DNA of 32,000 nt from Caedimonas varicaedens (GCA_001192655.1 BBVC01000020.1:50204-82203), one strand, 5' to 3'. Shown: positions 19,018 to 31,914, counted from the first letter of the stretch. Numbers and translations are program-made. The notes: generated by a model from the sequence alone, not told the origin.

Positions 19018-19608
19018 TTATGCTTTGGTTTCTTTAGCCGCTTTTGCTTTTGCAACCCCTACCATAGCAGGTCGCAGCAGGCGGTCATGAATGACATAGC
19101 CATCCTGCAAGACTTGGGTGATAATACCCGCTTCCTGGTCTTCAGTTTCTGTCTCAAACATGGCCTGGTGAAAATTATGGTCGAACTTCTCACCCAGTGG
19201 AGAGATTCGCTTGATTCCCTGACGGTTGAAAATTGCTTCAAGCTCTCGTTGAGTCAGTTGAACACCTTCCATAAGGCTTTTGACCGCAGGTAGAACTTCT
19301 TCCTGTTCGCTAGGCATGACTTGTAAGGCACGATTAAGGTTATCAGCGATATTCAAAAGGTCGCGAGCAAAATTTGTAACTGCATATTGGCGCGCTTCTT
19401 CTTTCTCTCGTTGAGTCCGTTTGCGTATGTTTTCGGCTTCTGCCAAGCTTCGAAGCAATTGATCCTTCATATGATTGATTTCTTTTTGCAATGTTTCCTC
19501 GATAGAAAGCGCTTGCTCAATAGAGGAAGGTTCATTTTCTGTGTTTTCTTCTATTACATTTTCATTTTTTTCTGGCAATGCAGTGGCTTGATCTTTTTCT
19601 GATAACAT
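19018..19608 (-). CDS. grpE: Nucleotide exchange factor GrpE
   Basis: aaggag Shine-Dalgarno before ATG 19608 (MLSEKDQ...). Typical GrpE C-terminus F.P..H.A.......G.I..V...GY....R.LRPA.V.V. The longer ORF-track start would overlap hrcA. Confidence 0.9.
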   Translation of the reverse strand: MLSEKDQATALPEKNENVIEENTENEPSSIEQALSIEETLQKEINHMKDQLLRSLAEAENIRKRTQREKEEARQYAVTNFARDLLNIADNLNRALQVMPSEQEEVLPAVKSLMEGVQLTQRELEAIFNRQGIKRISPLGEKFDHNFHQAMFETETEDQEAGIITQVLQDGYVIHDRLLRPAMVGVAKAKAAKETKA

Positions 19609-19619
19609 TTTTTTCTCCT

Positions 19620-20654
19620 TTAGCCTAATGAGCGGCTTAATAATTGTGACGTATAGTCTACCATGGGAATGATGCGTGCGTAATTGATATGGGTAGGGCC
19701 AATCACGCCAATAGCCCCAACGATTTGATGTCGCCGATTGCGATAGGGCGCAACAACCATTGAACAACCTGTGTGATTAAAAAGTGAATTGGCAGAACCA
19801 ATGAAAATCTGTATCCCTTCTGCCTGACAACAAGCATCCAGAAGTTTCATAAGATTTCCCTGTGTTTCAAGCTCTTCAAAAAGATATTGAAGTTTTTCCA
19901 GCCCTTCCCCTTCTTCCACTTCTTTTAAAAGCTGAGATTGTCCACGGATGATAAGTTGCCCAGATTCAAGATCTCCTGCCCAAATACCAAGACCTGTTTC
20001 GACGATTGTTTGCACAAGCGTATCAATTTCATTCCGACAATTCTGCAGTTCATTCCTGACAGTTTCCAGTATTTCTGGCAACAATCGATTGGCCAGACGC
20101 ATATTAATAAAATTTGTCGCCTGCACTAAAGCTGAGAGAGGGGTTCCCAGGGGGATTTCAATAATACGATTTTCCACAATACCATCCGTCGTGACAAGGA
20201 TAACGAGCGCACGTCCAGGATCCAGAGCAATAAATTCAATATGCCTGAGTGTTGATTCACACTTGGGGGCAAGCACAAGACTCGCACAGCGGGAAAGGGC
20301 TGAGAGTGTTCCCATGGATTCGTGCAGAAGGGAAGGTAGACTTTTTCCGATGGGGTCGCATTGCGTTTCCAGGCTTTGTCGATCGTCTGGGGCAAGGGTT
20401 CCTATTTCCAGCAACCCGTCAATAAAAAGGCGCAACCCTGCATCTGTTGGAAGTCGTCCTGCAGAAGGATGGGGAGAATAAAGAAGCCCAAGGTCTTCCA
20501 GTTGAGACATGACATTACGAATGGTTGCTGGCGACAATGAAAGCCCCATATGCTCTGCCACAGTGCGTGAACCTATAGGTTCGCCGCTTTGGCAGTAGGC
20601 ATTTACCAGAAGTCGAAAAATTTCTCGTGATCGTTCGTTGAGTAGGCTCAGCAT
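19620..20654 (-). CDS. hrcA: Heat-inducible transcription repressor HrcA
   Basis: LNERSREIFRLLVNAYCQSGEPIGSRT winged-helix N-terminus and an hrcA-grpE operon arrangement. I prefer ATG 20654 over TTG 20693. Confidence 0.85.
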   Translation of the reverse strand: MLSLLNERSREIFRLLVNAYCQSGEPIGSRTVAEHMGLSLSPATIRNVMSQLEDLGLLYSPHPSAGRLPTDAGLRLFIDGLLEIGTLAPDDRQSLETQCDPIGKSLPSLLHESMGTLSALSRCASLVLAPKCESTLRHIEFIALDPGRALVILVTTDGIVENRIIEIPLGTPLSALVQATNFINMRLANRLLPEILETVRNELQNCRNEIDTLVQTIVETGLGIWAGDLESGQLIIRGQSQLLKEVEEGEGLEKLQYLFEELETQGNLMKLLDACCQAEGIQIFIGSANSLFNHTGCSMVVAPYRNRRHQIVGAIGVIGPTHINYARIIPMVDYTSQLLSRSLG

Positions 20655-20729
20655 TAAATCGTTTCCATTTCTTTTTAGAATGTAGTAATCCAAAAGGGAA
20701 ACGTCAATATTTTGATGAAAAGGAAAAAA

Positions 20730-21446
20730 ATGCGCCCCTCAGGACGAAGCTTAAGCCAGTTGCGCGACATACGGTTTGAACCCGGTTTTTCAAAATATGC
20801 AGAAGGTTCCTGTATGGTGCGATTTGGCGGTACTCATGTATTATGTACAGCAACCATAGAAGAGAAAGCCCCCCCTTTTTTAAAGGGAACAGGTTCGGGA
20901 TGGATCACGGCAGAGTACGGAATGTTGCCCCGTGCCACGCATACACGTACGGATCGCGAAGCCGCTCGTGGGAAACAAACGGGAAGAACTCAGGAAATAC
21001 AACGCCTTATTGGGCGATCCTTGCGTGCTGTTATGGATCTTAAAATTTTGGGTGAACGACAGATTAGGATTGATTGTGATGTTATCCAGGCAGATGGGGG
21101 AACCCGCACAACTGCTATTACAGGGTCTTATGTGGCACTTTATCAGGCGCTTTCAAGTCTGGTGGAAAAAGATATTTTAAAACAGCTTCCCATGACAGAT
21201 CAGGTTGCCGCTGTATCGTGTGGCATTTATGAAGGGCATCCTGTGCTGGATTTAGATTATGCTGAAGATAGCACAGCCGAAGCTGATGCAAATTTTGTTT
21301 TGACAGGACGAGGCGGGATTGTGGAAATTCAGGCAACAGCTGAGAAAAGTCCTTTTAGTGAACCTGATTTCCATGCGCTTTTAGAGTTAGCGCGAGAGGG
21401 CGTAGATGTTTTGGTAGGCTTGCAGCGCAAGGCGCTGGGGATTTAA
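20730..21446 (+). CDS. rph: Ribonuclease PH
   Basis: [17 protein letters not shown]..., GWITAEY.MLP..T and [11 protein letters not shown]. At 238 aa it matches E. coli RNase PH. Start taken at ATG 20730. Confidence 0.9.
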   Translation: MRPSGRSLSQLRDIRFEPGFSKYAEGSCMVRFGGTHVLCTATIEEKAPPFLKGTGSGWITAEYGMLPRATHTRTDREAARGKQTGRTQEIQRLIGRSLRAVMDLKILGERQIRIDCDVIQADGGTRTTAITGSYVALYQALSSLVEKDILKQLPMTDQVAAVSCGIYEGHPVLDLDYAEDSTAEADANFVLTGRGGIVEIQATAEKSPFSEPDFHALLELAREGVDVLVGLQRKALGI

Positions 21447-21554
21447 TTTGTTGCTTATGAGTGGTACAACGAATTAATTTGTGTTTATTGTTAAAATTTC
21501 TCTTGAAATTACCCTCTCTTTACCTTTATTAAACGAAGGACATTGTTCGAATGT

Positions 21555-21641
21555 GCGGTCGTGGCGGAATTGGTAGACGCGCAGCGTTGAGGTCGCTGTG
21601 GGGGAAACTCCGTGGAAGTTCGAGTCTTCTCGACCGCACCA
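21555..21641 (+). tRNA. tRNA-Leu (anticodon GAG), class II with long variable arm, CCA encoded
   Basis: Acceptor GCGGTCG/CGACCGC, anticodon stem CAGCG/CGCTG with loop TTGAGGT, T-loop TTCGAGT, 3' ACCA. Confidence 0.9.
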
Positions 21642-21678
21642 ATATTTCTCCTGAGTACAACTCAAAGAATTATTTCAT

Positions 21679-21697
21679 TTCCTTCATTTTGAAGGAA
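21679..21697. terminator. Short hairpin between tRNA-Leu and the fos-like fragment
   Basis: ttccttc-atttt-gaaggaa (7-bp stem) lies 8 nt past the fos-like stop. There is no clear U-tract on either strand. Confidence 0.3.
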
Positions 21698-21704
21698 GTG
21701 TACC

Positions 21705-21935
21705 TCATATAAACCATTCCACATTTTTCCAATTCCCAAGATTGGCTTTTTTGGCTGCGATGCGCGTTTTCCAGTCTCCCACATGAATTTCAAGCTTGTG
21801 ACCATCAGGATCAAGGAAATACAGAGATTCTCCCGGAGATGTGTTTTCCTTAAAGACAGCAGAGCCTGATGCCAGAATTTTTTCTGCCAATGATTTGAAA
21901 TCTTTTTCAGAAACAGAAAAAGCGATATGAGTGTT
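21705..21935 (-). pseudogene. FosA/FosX-like VOC (glyoxalase-fold) protein, C-terminal ~77 codons only, truncated by IS630
   Basis: NTHIAFSVSEKDFKSLAEKILASGSAVFKENTSPGESLYFLDPDGHKLEIHVGDWKTRIAA parallels the FosA C-terminal half as I recall it. The frame runs into TA 21935-21936 and the IS630 end at 21937. Confidence 0.7.
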
Positions 21936-21936
21936 A

Positions 21937-22345
21937 TAGCTAAAAACCTTTAAAATGGTTATATTATGGATAATTTTTAAGAGGATTATTCCATGACCTA
22001 TTCATTAGATTTTAGACTTCGTGTTTTATCTGTAAAAAAGAAGAAAAATTTGAGTTTTGCTGAAACGGCGGATCTCTTTGGTGTTGGAGTGACCAGTCTT
22101 GTCAGATGGGTCAGGAAGCCTGAGCCTCAGACACATCGTCATAAACCAGCCACTAAGCTTAATATGGATGCCCTTAAAGAAGATATACAGCTTTATCCTG
22201 ATGCTTATCAGTACGAGAGAGCAGAACGTCTTGGTGTGAGCTCTATGGGGATATGGCACGCTTTAAAACGCTTGAATGTGACCTATAAAAAAAACGCTCA
22301 AACATCCCAAGGCCGATCCAGAAAAGCGTGCTACTTTTTGTCAAG
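21937..22345 (+). mobile_element. IS630-family element, first 409 bp (orfA side), split by an IS21 insertion at GTCAAG
   Basis: Starts tagctaaaaacc and ends ...ctactttttgtcaag. The IS21 right end tgtcaacatcgg follows directly. Confidence 0.9.
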
Positions 22346-23534
<1,189 letters not shown>

Positions 23535-24411
23535 TATGGATAATTTTTAAGAGGATTATTCCATGACCTATTCATTAGATTTTAGACTTCGTGTTTTTAT
23601 CTGTAAAAAAGAAGAAAAATTTGAGTTTTGCTGAAACGGCGGATCTCTTTGGTGTTGGAGTGACCAGTCTTGTCAGATGGGTCAAGAAGCCTGAGCCTCA
23701 GACACATCGTCATAAACCAGCCACTAAGCTTAATATGGATGCCCTTAAAGAAGATATACAGCTTTATCCTGATGCTTATCAGTACGAGAGAGCAGAACGT
23801 CTTGGTGTGAGCTCTATGGGGATATGGCACGCTTTAAAACGCTTGAATGTGACCTATAAAAAAAACGCTCAAACATCCCAAGGCCGATCCAGAAAAGCGT
23901 GCTACTTTTTGTCAAGAGCTGAAAGCTTATGAAGAAGCAGGGCATCCTATCATTTCTCTTGATGAATCTGGATTTGCACACCATATGCCACGCACTCATG
24001 GTTATTCTCCAAAAGGAAAGAGATGTGAGGGGATTCATGATTGGGGAGCAAAGGGACGAACGAATGTCATCGGCGCCTTATTCCAAGGTCTGCTATTGAC
24101 CGTGAGCTTGTTCTGCTTCTCGATTAATACCGAGGTGTTTACACAATGGATCATTGACGATTTACTTCCGAAACTGCCTCCTAAAAGCGTCCTTATTTTG
24201 GATAATGCCACCTTTCATAAGGGAAAAGCGATGCAAAAAGCAATTGCTGAGGCAGGGCATATCGTGCTGTATCTGCCTCCTTATTCTCCACACTTTAATC
24301 CCATCGAGCATAAATGGGCACAAGCAAAAGCAATTAGACGCAAAAAAAGGTGTTCTATCGAGCAATTATTTCAGGATAATAAAATATGACCGTTTTATAT
24401 GTTGTTAGCTA
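23535..24411 (+). mobile_element. IS630-family copy lacking its first 28 bp, with an orfA frameshift (T5 versus T4 near 23583-23587)
   Basis: Begins tatggataattt and ends ...gttgttagcta at the istA TA site (TA 24412-24413). orfB 23985-24389 carries SPHFNP instead of SPDFNP. Confidence 0.9.
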
Positions 24412-25121
24412 TAACATCCCAGAATTAAAGCGATGCTTCCCTAAACCATAGGCATCTCTTGCCAGAATAACAGTCTTCATATTGTCATAAAGGGCTTGAG
24501 AGGGGATACCGCCAAAATAATCAAATGCATCTTCATGGCATTGAAGTAATGTCGATAATTTCTCATTCTCCACAAAGCAGACATAGCTGACCCGACTATA
24601 ACCAAGGGTTGCGACAAAAGCGGATAGAGGGTTTTTCCCTTTTCGAAATTCAATCCAATCCATCTGCATTTGTGCGCCTGGTTCTGTTTCAAATCTAACG
24701 ACTTCCTCACAGACCACAGGGGTTAAAGAATTCAGATATAACCTTAATTGTGTCACGCCACCCCTATATCCTTGATCGCGTATCTCCCGTAGCAAAACCG
24801 TTGCAGGAAGACAAAAAGGGCGAGCCTGTTTGACCCTTTCTTGCAAATAAGGTTTATATGGATCAAGTTTAGTCTCAACCGTTTTTCTCTTCTTATAAAA
24901 AGGTCTGCCTTCATGTTGGAGATATTTACGAACTGTATTCACGGCCATACCAACCTCATGAGCGATCCTTCTTAGACTCTTGCCTTGTCGGCGTAATATT
25001 TTTATTTCCATCGTTTGTTCCCACTGAATCATTATTCCTAAACTCCTTTGAAAAGGAGTTAATGCGTGGGTGTATCAAAATTCAACCGATGATCTGTATC
25101 ATTTTACCTCCGGCGCTAACA
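24412..25121 (-). mobile_element. IS21-family 5' part (left end plus istA N-terminal 207 codons)
   Basis: Reverse complement of the 11605-12316 type sequence. ORF 24409-25032. The left end ...ccggcgctaaca finishes at 25121. Confidence 0.9.
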
Positions 25122-25600
25122 GTCAAGAGCTGAAAGCTTATGAAGAAGCAGGGCATCCTATCATTTCTCTTGATGAATCTGGATTTGCACACCATATGCC
25201 ACGCACTCATGGTTATTCTCCAAAAGGAAAGAGATGTGAGGGGATTCATGATTGGGGAGCAAAGGGACGAACGAATGTCATCGGCGCCTTATTCCAAGGT
25301 CTGCTATTGACCGTGAGCTTGTTCTGCTTCTCGATTAATACCGAGGTGTTTACACAATGGATCATTGACGATTTACTTCCGAAACTGCCTCCTAAAAGCG
25401 TCCTTATTTTGGATAATGCCACCTTTCATAAGGGAAAAGCGATGCAAAAAGCAATTGCTGAGGCAGGGCATATCGTGCTGTATCTGCCTCCTTATTCTCC
25501 AGACTTTAATCCCATCGAGCATAAATGGGCACAAGCAAAAGCAATTAGACGCAAAAAAAGGTGTTCTATCGAGCAATTATTTCAGGATAATAAAATATGA
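25070..25600 (+). CDS. Chimeric ORF: 17 codons read outward from the IS21 left end, fused in frame to the IS630 DDE domain (176 aa)
   Basis: GTG 25070 lies inside the IS21 terminal repeat. The reading MYQNSTDDLYHFTSGAN then continues as SQELKAYEEAGHPIISLDESGF... to the normal transposase stop. Expression is unknown. Confidence 0.3.
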   Translation: MYQNSTDDLYHFTSGANSQELKAYEEAGHPIISLDESGFAHHMPRTHGYSPKGKRCEGIHDWGAKGRTNVIGALFQGLLLTVSLFCFSINTEVFTQWIIDDLLPKLPPKSVLILDNATFHKGKAMQKAIAEAGHIVLYLPPYSPDFNPIEHKWAQAKAIRRKKRCSIEQLFQDNKI

Positions 25601-25622
25601 CCGTTTTATATGTTGTTAGCTA
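25122..25622 (+). mobile_element. IS630-family last 501 bp (from GTCAAG to the orfB-side end)
   Basis: Starts gtcaagagctgaaagc, repeating the 6 bp that end the 409-bp fragments. 409+501-6 = 904, the length of a complete copy. Confidence 0.9.
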
Positions 25623-26332
25623 TAACATCCCAGAATTAAAGCGATGCTTCCCTAAACCATAGGCATCTCTTGCCAGAATAACAGTCTTCATATTGTCATA
25701 AAGGGCTTGAGAGGGGATACCGCCAAAATAATCAAATGCATCTTCATGGCATTGAAGTAGTGTCGATAATTTCTCATTCTCCACAAAGCAGACATAGCTG
25801 ACCCGACTATAACCAAGGGTTGTGACAAAAGCGGATAGAGGGTTTTTCCCTTTTCGAAATTCAATCCAATCCATCTGCGTTTGTGCGCCTGGTTCTGTTT
25901 CAAATCTAACGACTTCCTCACAGACCACAGGGGTTAAAGAATTCAGATATAACCTTAATTGTGTCACGCCACCCCTATATCCTTGATCGCGTATCTCCCG
26001 TAGCAAAACCGTTGCAGGAAGACAAAAAGGGCGAGCCTGTTTGACCCTTTCTTGCAAATAAGGTTTATATGGATCAAGTTTAGTCTCAACCGTTTTTCTC
26101 TTCTTATAAAAAGGTCTGCCTTCATGTTGGAGATATTTACGAACTGTATTCACGGCCATACCAACCTCATGAGCGATCCTTCTTAGACTCTTGCCTTGTC
26201 GGCGTAATATTTTTATTTCCATCGTTTGTTCCCACTGAATCATTATTCCTAAACTCCTTTGAAAAGGAGTTAATGCGTGGGTGTATCAAAATTCAACCGA
26301 TGATCTGTATCATTTTACCTCCGGCGCTAACA
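25623..26332 (-). mobile_element. IS21-family 5' part, second tandem unit
   Basis: Same as 24412-25121 with a few substitutions (for example GAQTQMDW, FVTTLGY in ORF 25620-26243). Confidence 0.9.
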
Positions 26333-26831
26333 GTCAAGAGCTGAAAGCTTATGAAGAAGCAGGGCACCCTATCATTTCTCTTGATGAATCTGGATTTGCA
26401 CACCATATGCCACGCACTCATGGTTATTCTCCAAAAGGAAAGAGATGTGAGGGGATTCATGACTGGGGAGCAAAGGGACGAACGAATGTCATCGGCGCCT
26501 TATTCCAAGGTCTGCTATTGACCGTGAGCTTGTTCCGCTTCTCGATTAATACCGAGTGTTACACAATGGATCATTGACGATTTACTTCCGAAACTGCCTC
26601 CTAAAAGCGTCCTTATTTTGGATAATGCCACCTTTCATAAGGGAAAAGCGATGCAAAAAGCAATTGCTGAGGCAGGGCATATCGTGCTGTATCTGCCTCC
26701 TTATTCTCCAGACTTTAATCCCATCGAGCATAAATGGGCACAAGCAAAAGCAATTAGACGCAAAAAAAGGTGTTCTATCGAGCAATTATTTCAGGATAAT
26801 AAAATATGACCGTTTTATATGTTGTTAGCTA
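26333..26831 (+). mobile_element. IS630-family last ~499 bp, second tandem unit, frameshifted
   Basis: Same as 25122-25622, except accgagtgttacac replaces accgaggtgtttacac (two 1-nt deletions). This splits orfB into ORFs 26281-26577 and 26618-26809. Confidence 0.9.
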
Positions 26832-27059
26832 TAGTTGTTCTAAAGTAAATTTCATTTTAAGGTCTCCTATAACCGAATACTGGTGTAATAATCGTCTTGC
26901 CATTCTTGCTCGTCTGAAGAGCTTTCCAATTCCCCGCAACTAAGGCCGAGCTTGCTGGAGGGCTCCTCGTCTTCTTCAGGGAAGTCCCAGTGAATCAACG
27001 ATTCTTGGGATTCTTGAACAGAAGGCATCCAGTTTTGTATGAACAGAAAATTTGACGTA
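26832..27059. other. 228-bp orphan chromosomal remnant between two IS630 ends
   Basis: On the minus strand it holds the 3' end of an ORF open to the IS boundary (...NWMPSVQESQESLIHWDFPEEDEEPSSKLGLSCGELESSSDEQEWQDDYYTSIRL, stop at 26867-26869). An aggagacc Shine-Dalgarno then precedes 8 codons (MKFTLEQL) that run into the IS end. Confidence 0.5.
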
Positions 27060-27468
27060 TAGCTAAAAACCTTTAAAATGGTTATATTATGGATAATTTT
27101 TAAGAGGATTATTCCATGACCTATTCATTAGATTTTAGACTTCGTGTTTTATCTGTAAAAAAGAAGAAAAATTTGAGTTTTGCTGAAACGGCGGATCTCT
27201 TTGGTGTTGGAGTGACCAGTCTTGTCAGATGGGTCAAGAAGCCTGAGCCTCAGACACATCGTCATAAACCAGCCACTAAGCTTAATATGGATGCCCTTAA
27301 AGAAGATATACAGCTTTATCCTGATGCTTATCAGTACGAGAGAGCAGAACGTCTTGGTGTGAGCTCTATGGGGATATGGCACGCTTTAAAACGCTTGAAT
27401 GTGACCTATAAAAAAAACGCTCAAACATCCCAAGGCCGATCCAGAAAAGCGTGCTACTTTTTGTCAAG
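27060..27468 (+). mobile_element. IS630-family first 409 bp, split by IS21 at GTCAAG (same junction as 22345/22346)
   Basis: Same as 21937-22345 apart from point differences. TA at 27058-27059. Confidence 0.9.
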
Positions 27469-27551
27469 TGTCAACATCGGCTGAAATTTGATACAGATTT
27501 TTAAAAATCCTCGGATGAAAATTGATACACCTGAGATAAAAAAATAAGGGT

Positions 27552-28352
<801 letters not shown>

Positions 28353-28356
<4 letters not shown>

Positions 28357-29386
28357 GCTGCCTCCAGAATTCTGTCGTAAACAGAAAGAGGATGCTGAAG
28401 GGGGTTGTGAGGAGCCCATTCAGGAGCTTTAATCTCTGGCTCTTTAACACAACGAGCTAATGAAACATCTCCTCGATAAGGAAGCCCAAGAGGCTGCAAA
28501 GTCGAACGTTCTCTTTCTAACCTTTCAAGAGGAACCTCTTTTGTGGTGCCGTGAACACGCTGATTAGCTGTTTCTTTTAACCACTTTAAAACTTCCATAT
28601 TAGCGGTTTGAACATCGAGTGTTAGACCTGCACTTTTAAGCCGAGAAGCAAGAGGGTTATAAAAGCTGTAACGCAAGTAACGATTAAATCTCTCTACTTT
28701 TCCTTTCGTCTTGGCGCGATAAGGACGACACACTTTCAGTTGAAATCCATGATGCTTGGCAAAATCTAACATCCCAGAATTAAAGCGATGCTTCCCTAAA
28801 CCATAGGCATCTCTTGCCAGAATAACAGTCTTCATATTGTCATAAAGGGCTTGAGAGGGGATACCGCCAAAATAATCAAATGCATCTTCATGGCATTGAA
28901 GTAATGTCGATAATTTCTCATTCTCCACAAAGCAGACATAGCTGACCCGACTATAACCAAGGGTTGCGACAAAAGCGGATAGAGGGTTTTTCCCTTTTCG
29001 AAATTCAATCCAATCCATCTGCATTTGTGCGCCTGGTTCTGTTTCAAATCTAACGACTTCCTCACAGACCACAGGGGTTAAAGAATTCAGATATAACCTT
29101 AATTGTGTCACGCCACCCCTATATCCTTGATCGCGTATCTCCCGTAGCAAAACCGTTGCAGGAAGACAAAAAGGGCGAGCCTGTTTGACCCTTTCTTGCA
29201 AATAAGGTTTATATGGATCAAGTTTAGTCTCAACCGTTTTTCTCTTCTTATAAAAAGGTCTGCCTTCATGTTGGAGATATTTACGAACTGTATTCACGGC
29301 CATACCAACCTCATGAGCGATCCTTCTTAGACTCTTGCCTTGTCGGCGTAATATTTTTATTCCATCGTATGTTCCCACTGAATCAT
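28353..29386 (-). pseudogene. istA: istA, full-length reading frame but the start region is frameshifted
   Basis: The normal start ATGATTCAGTGGGAACA at 29386 hits TAA after 9 codons (gaataaaaat versus gaaataaaaat elsewhere). The long ORF only opens from a TTG inside the terminal repeat. The body shows the DDE-type core (MDWIEF..., YDNMKTV..., RPYRAKTKGKVER). Confidence 0.8.
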
Positions 29387-29475
29387 TATTCCTAAACTCC
29401 TTTGAAAAGGAGTTAATGCGTGGGTGTATCAAAATTCAACCGATGATCTGTATCATTTTACCTCCGGCGCTAACA

Positions 29476-30140
29476 GTTTCGGAAGTAAATCGTCAATGAT
29501 CCATTGTGTAAACACCTCGGTATTAATCGAGAAGCAGAACAAGCTCACGGTCAATAGCAGACCTTGGAATAAGGCGCCGATGACATTCGTTCGTCCCTTT
29601 GCTCCCCAATCATGAATCCCCTCACATCTCTTCCTTTTGGAGAATAACCATGAGTGCGTGGCATATGGTGTGCAAATCCAGATTCATCAAGAGAAATGAT
29701 AGGATGCCCTGCTTCTTCATAAGCTTTCAGCTCTTGACAAAAAGTAGCACGCTTTTCTGGATCGGCCTTGGGATGTTTGAGCGTTTTTTTTATAGGTCAC
29801 ATTCAAGCGTTTTAAAGCGTGCCATATCCCCATAGAGCTCACACCAAGACGTTCTGCTCTCTCGTACTGATAAGCATCAGGATAAAGCTGTATATCTTCT
29901 TTAAGGGCATCCATATTAAGCTTAGTGGCTGGTTTATGACGATGTGTCTGAGGCTCAGGCTTCTTGACCCATCTGACAAGACTGGTCACTCCAACACCAA
30001 AGAGATCCGCCGTTTCAGCAAAACTCAAATTTTTCTTCTTTTTTACAGATAAAACACGAAGTCTAAAATCTAATGAATAGGTCATGGAATAATCCTCTTA
30101 AAATTATCCATAATATAACCATTTTAAAGGTTTTTAGCTA
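29476..30140 (-). mobile_element. IS630-family copy lacking the first 237 bp of the orfB side, with 1-nt deletions
   Basis: Begins gtttcggaagtaaatcg (equivalent to 842 in the 605-1508 copy) and ends at the terminus tttttagcta at 30140. An orfB frameshift occurs at cacatctcttcc versus cacatctctttcc. Confidence 0.9.
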
Positions 30141-30389
30141 TATCTTCTTTAAGGGCATCCATATTAAGCTTAGTGGCTGGTTTATGACGATGTGTCTGAG
30201 GCTCAGGCTTCTTGACCCATCTGACAAGACTGGTCACTCCAACACCAAAGAGATCCGCCGTTTCAGCAAAACTCAAATTTTTCTTCTTTTTTACAGATAA
30301 AACACGAAGTCTAAAATCTAATGAATAGGTCATGGAATAATCCTCTTAAAAATTATCCATAATATAACCATTTTAAAGGTTTTTAGCTA
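30141..30389 (-). mobile_element. Second copy of the IS630 orfA-side 249 bp (direct repeat of 29893-30140)
   Basis: Starts TAtcttctttaagg, the internal TA site of orfA, and ends at the terminus tagcta at 30389. ORF 30124-30333. Confidence 0.9.
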
Positions 30390-30550
30390 TATACAGCTTT
30401 ATCCTGATGCTTATCAGTACGAGAGAGCAGAACGTCTTGGTGTGAGCTCTATGGGGATATGGCACGCTTTAAAACGCTTGAATGTGACCTATAAAAAAAA
30501 CGCTCAAACATCCCAAGGCCGATCCAGAAAAGCGTGCTACTTTTGTCAAG
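30390..30550 (+). mobile_element. IS630-family internal segment in the opposite orientation (from the orfA TA site to GTCAAG)
   Basis: TAtacagctttatcctgatgc...ctacttttgtcaag, followed by the IS21 right end at 30551. Contains the A8 tract at 30493-30500. Confidence 0.9.
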
Positions 30551-31843
<1,293 letters not shown>

Positions 31844-31914
31844 TAGCTAAAAACTTTAAAATGGTTATATTATGGATAATTTTTAAGAGGATTATTCCAT
31901 GACCTATTCAAGAT
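31844..31914 (+). mobile_element. IS630-family stub (~70 bp of the orfA-side end) left at the istA TA site after an internal deletion
   Basis: tagctaaaaactttaaaatgg...ccatgacctattca then jumps into istA sequence. The exact breakpoint is ambiguous within 31911-31917. Confidence 0.75.

Noticed and set aside
19609-19767. N-terminal extension of the grpE ORF (to 249 aa) overlapping hrcA
   Set aside because: An internal ATG at 19608 has a strong aaggag Shine-Dalgarno and gives a normal-length GrpE. The extension would overlap the hrcA 3' end by about 150 nt.
19948-20481. 177-aa and 89-aa ORFs overlapping hrcA on the + strand or in another frame
   Set aside because: Their Ser/Arg/Pro-rich translations are typical of antisense frames, whereas hrcA is clearly recognisable.
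20655-20729. Search for a CIRCE operator (TTAGCACTC-N9-GAGTGCTAA) upstream of hrcA
   Set aside because: No such inverted repeat is present in the hrcA-rph intergenic region.
21474-21665. 63-aa ORF on the minus strand
   Set aside because: It lies directly across the tRNA-Leu gene.
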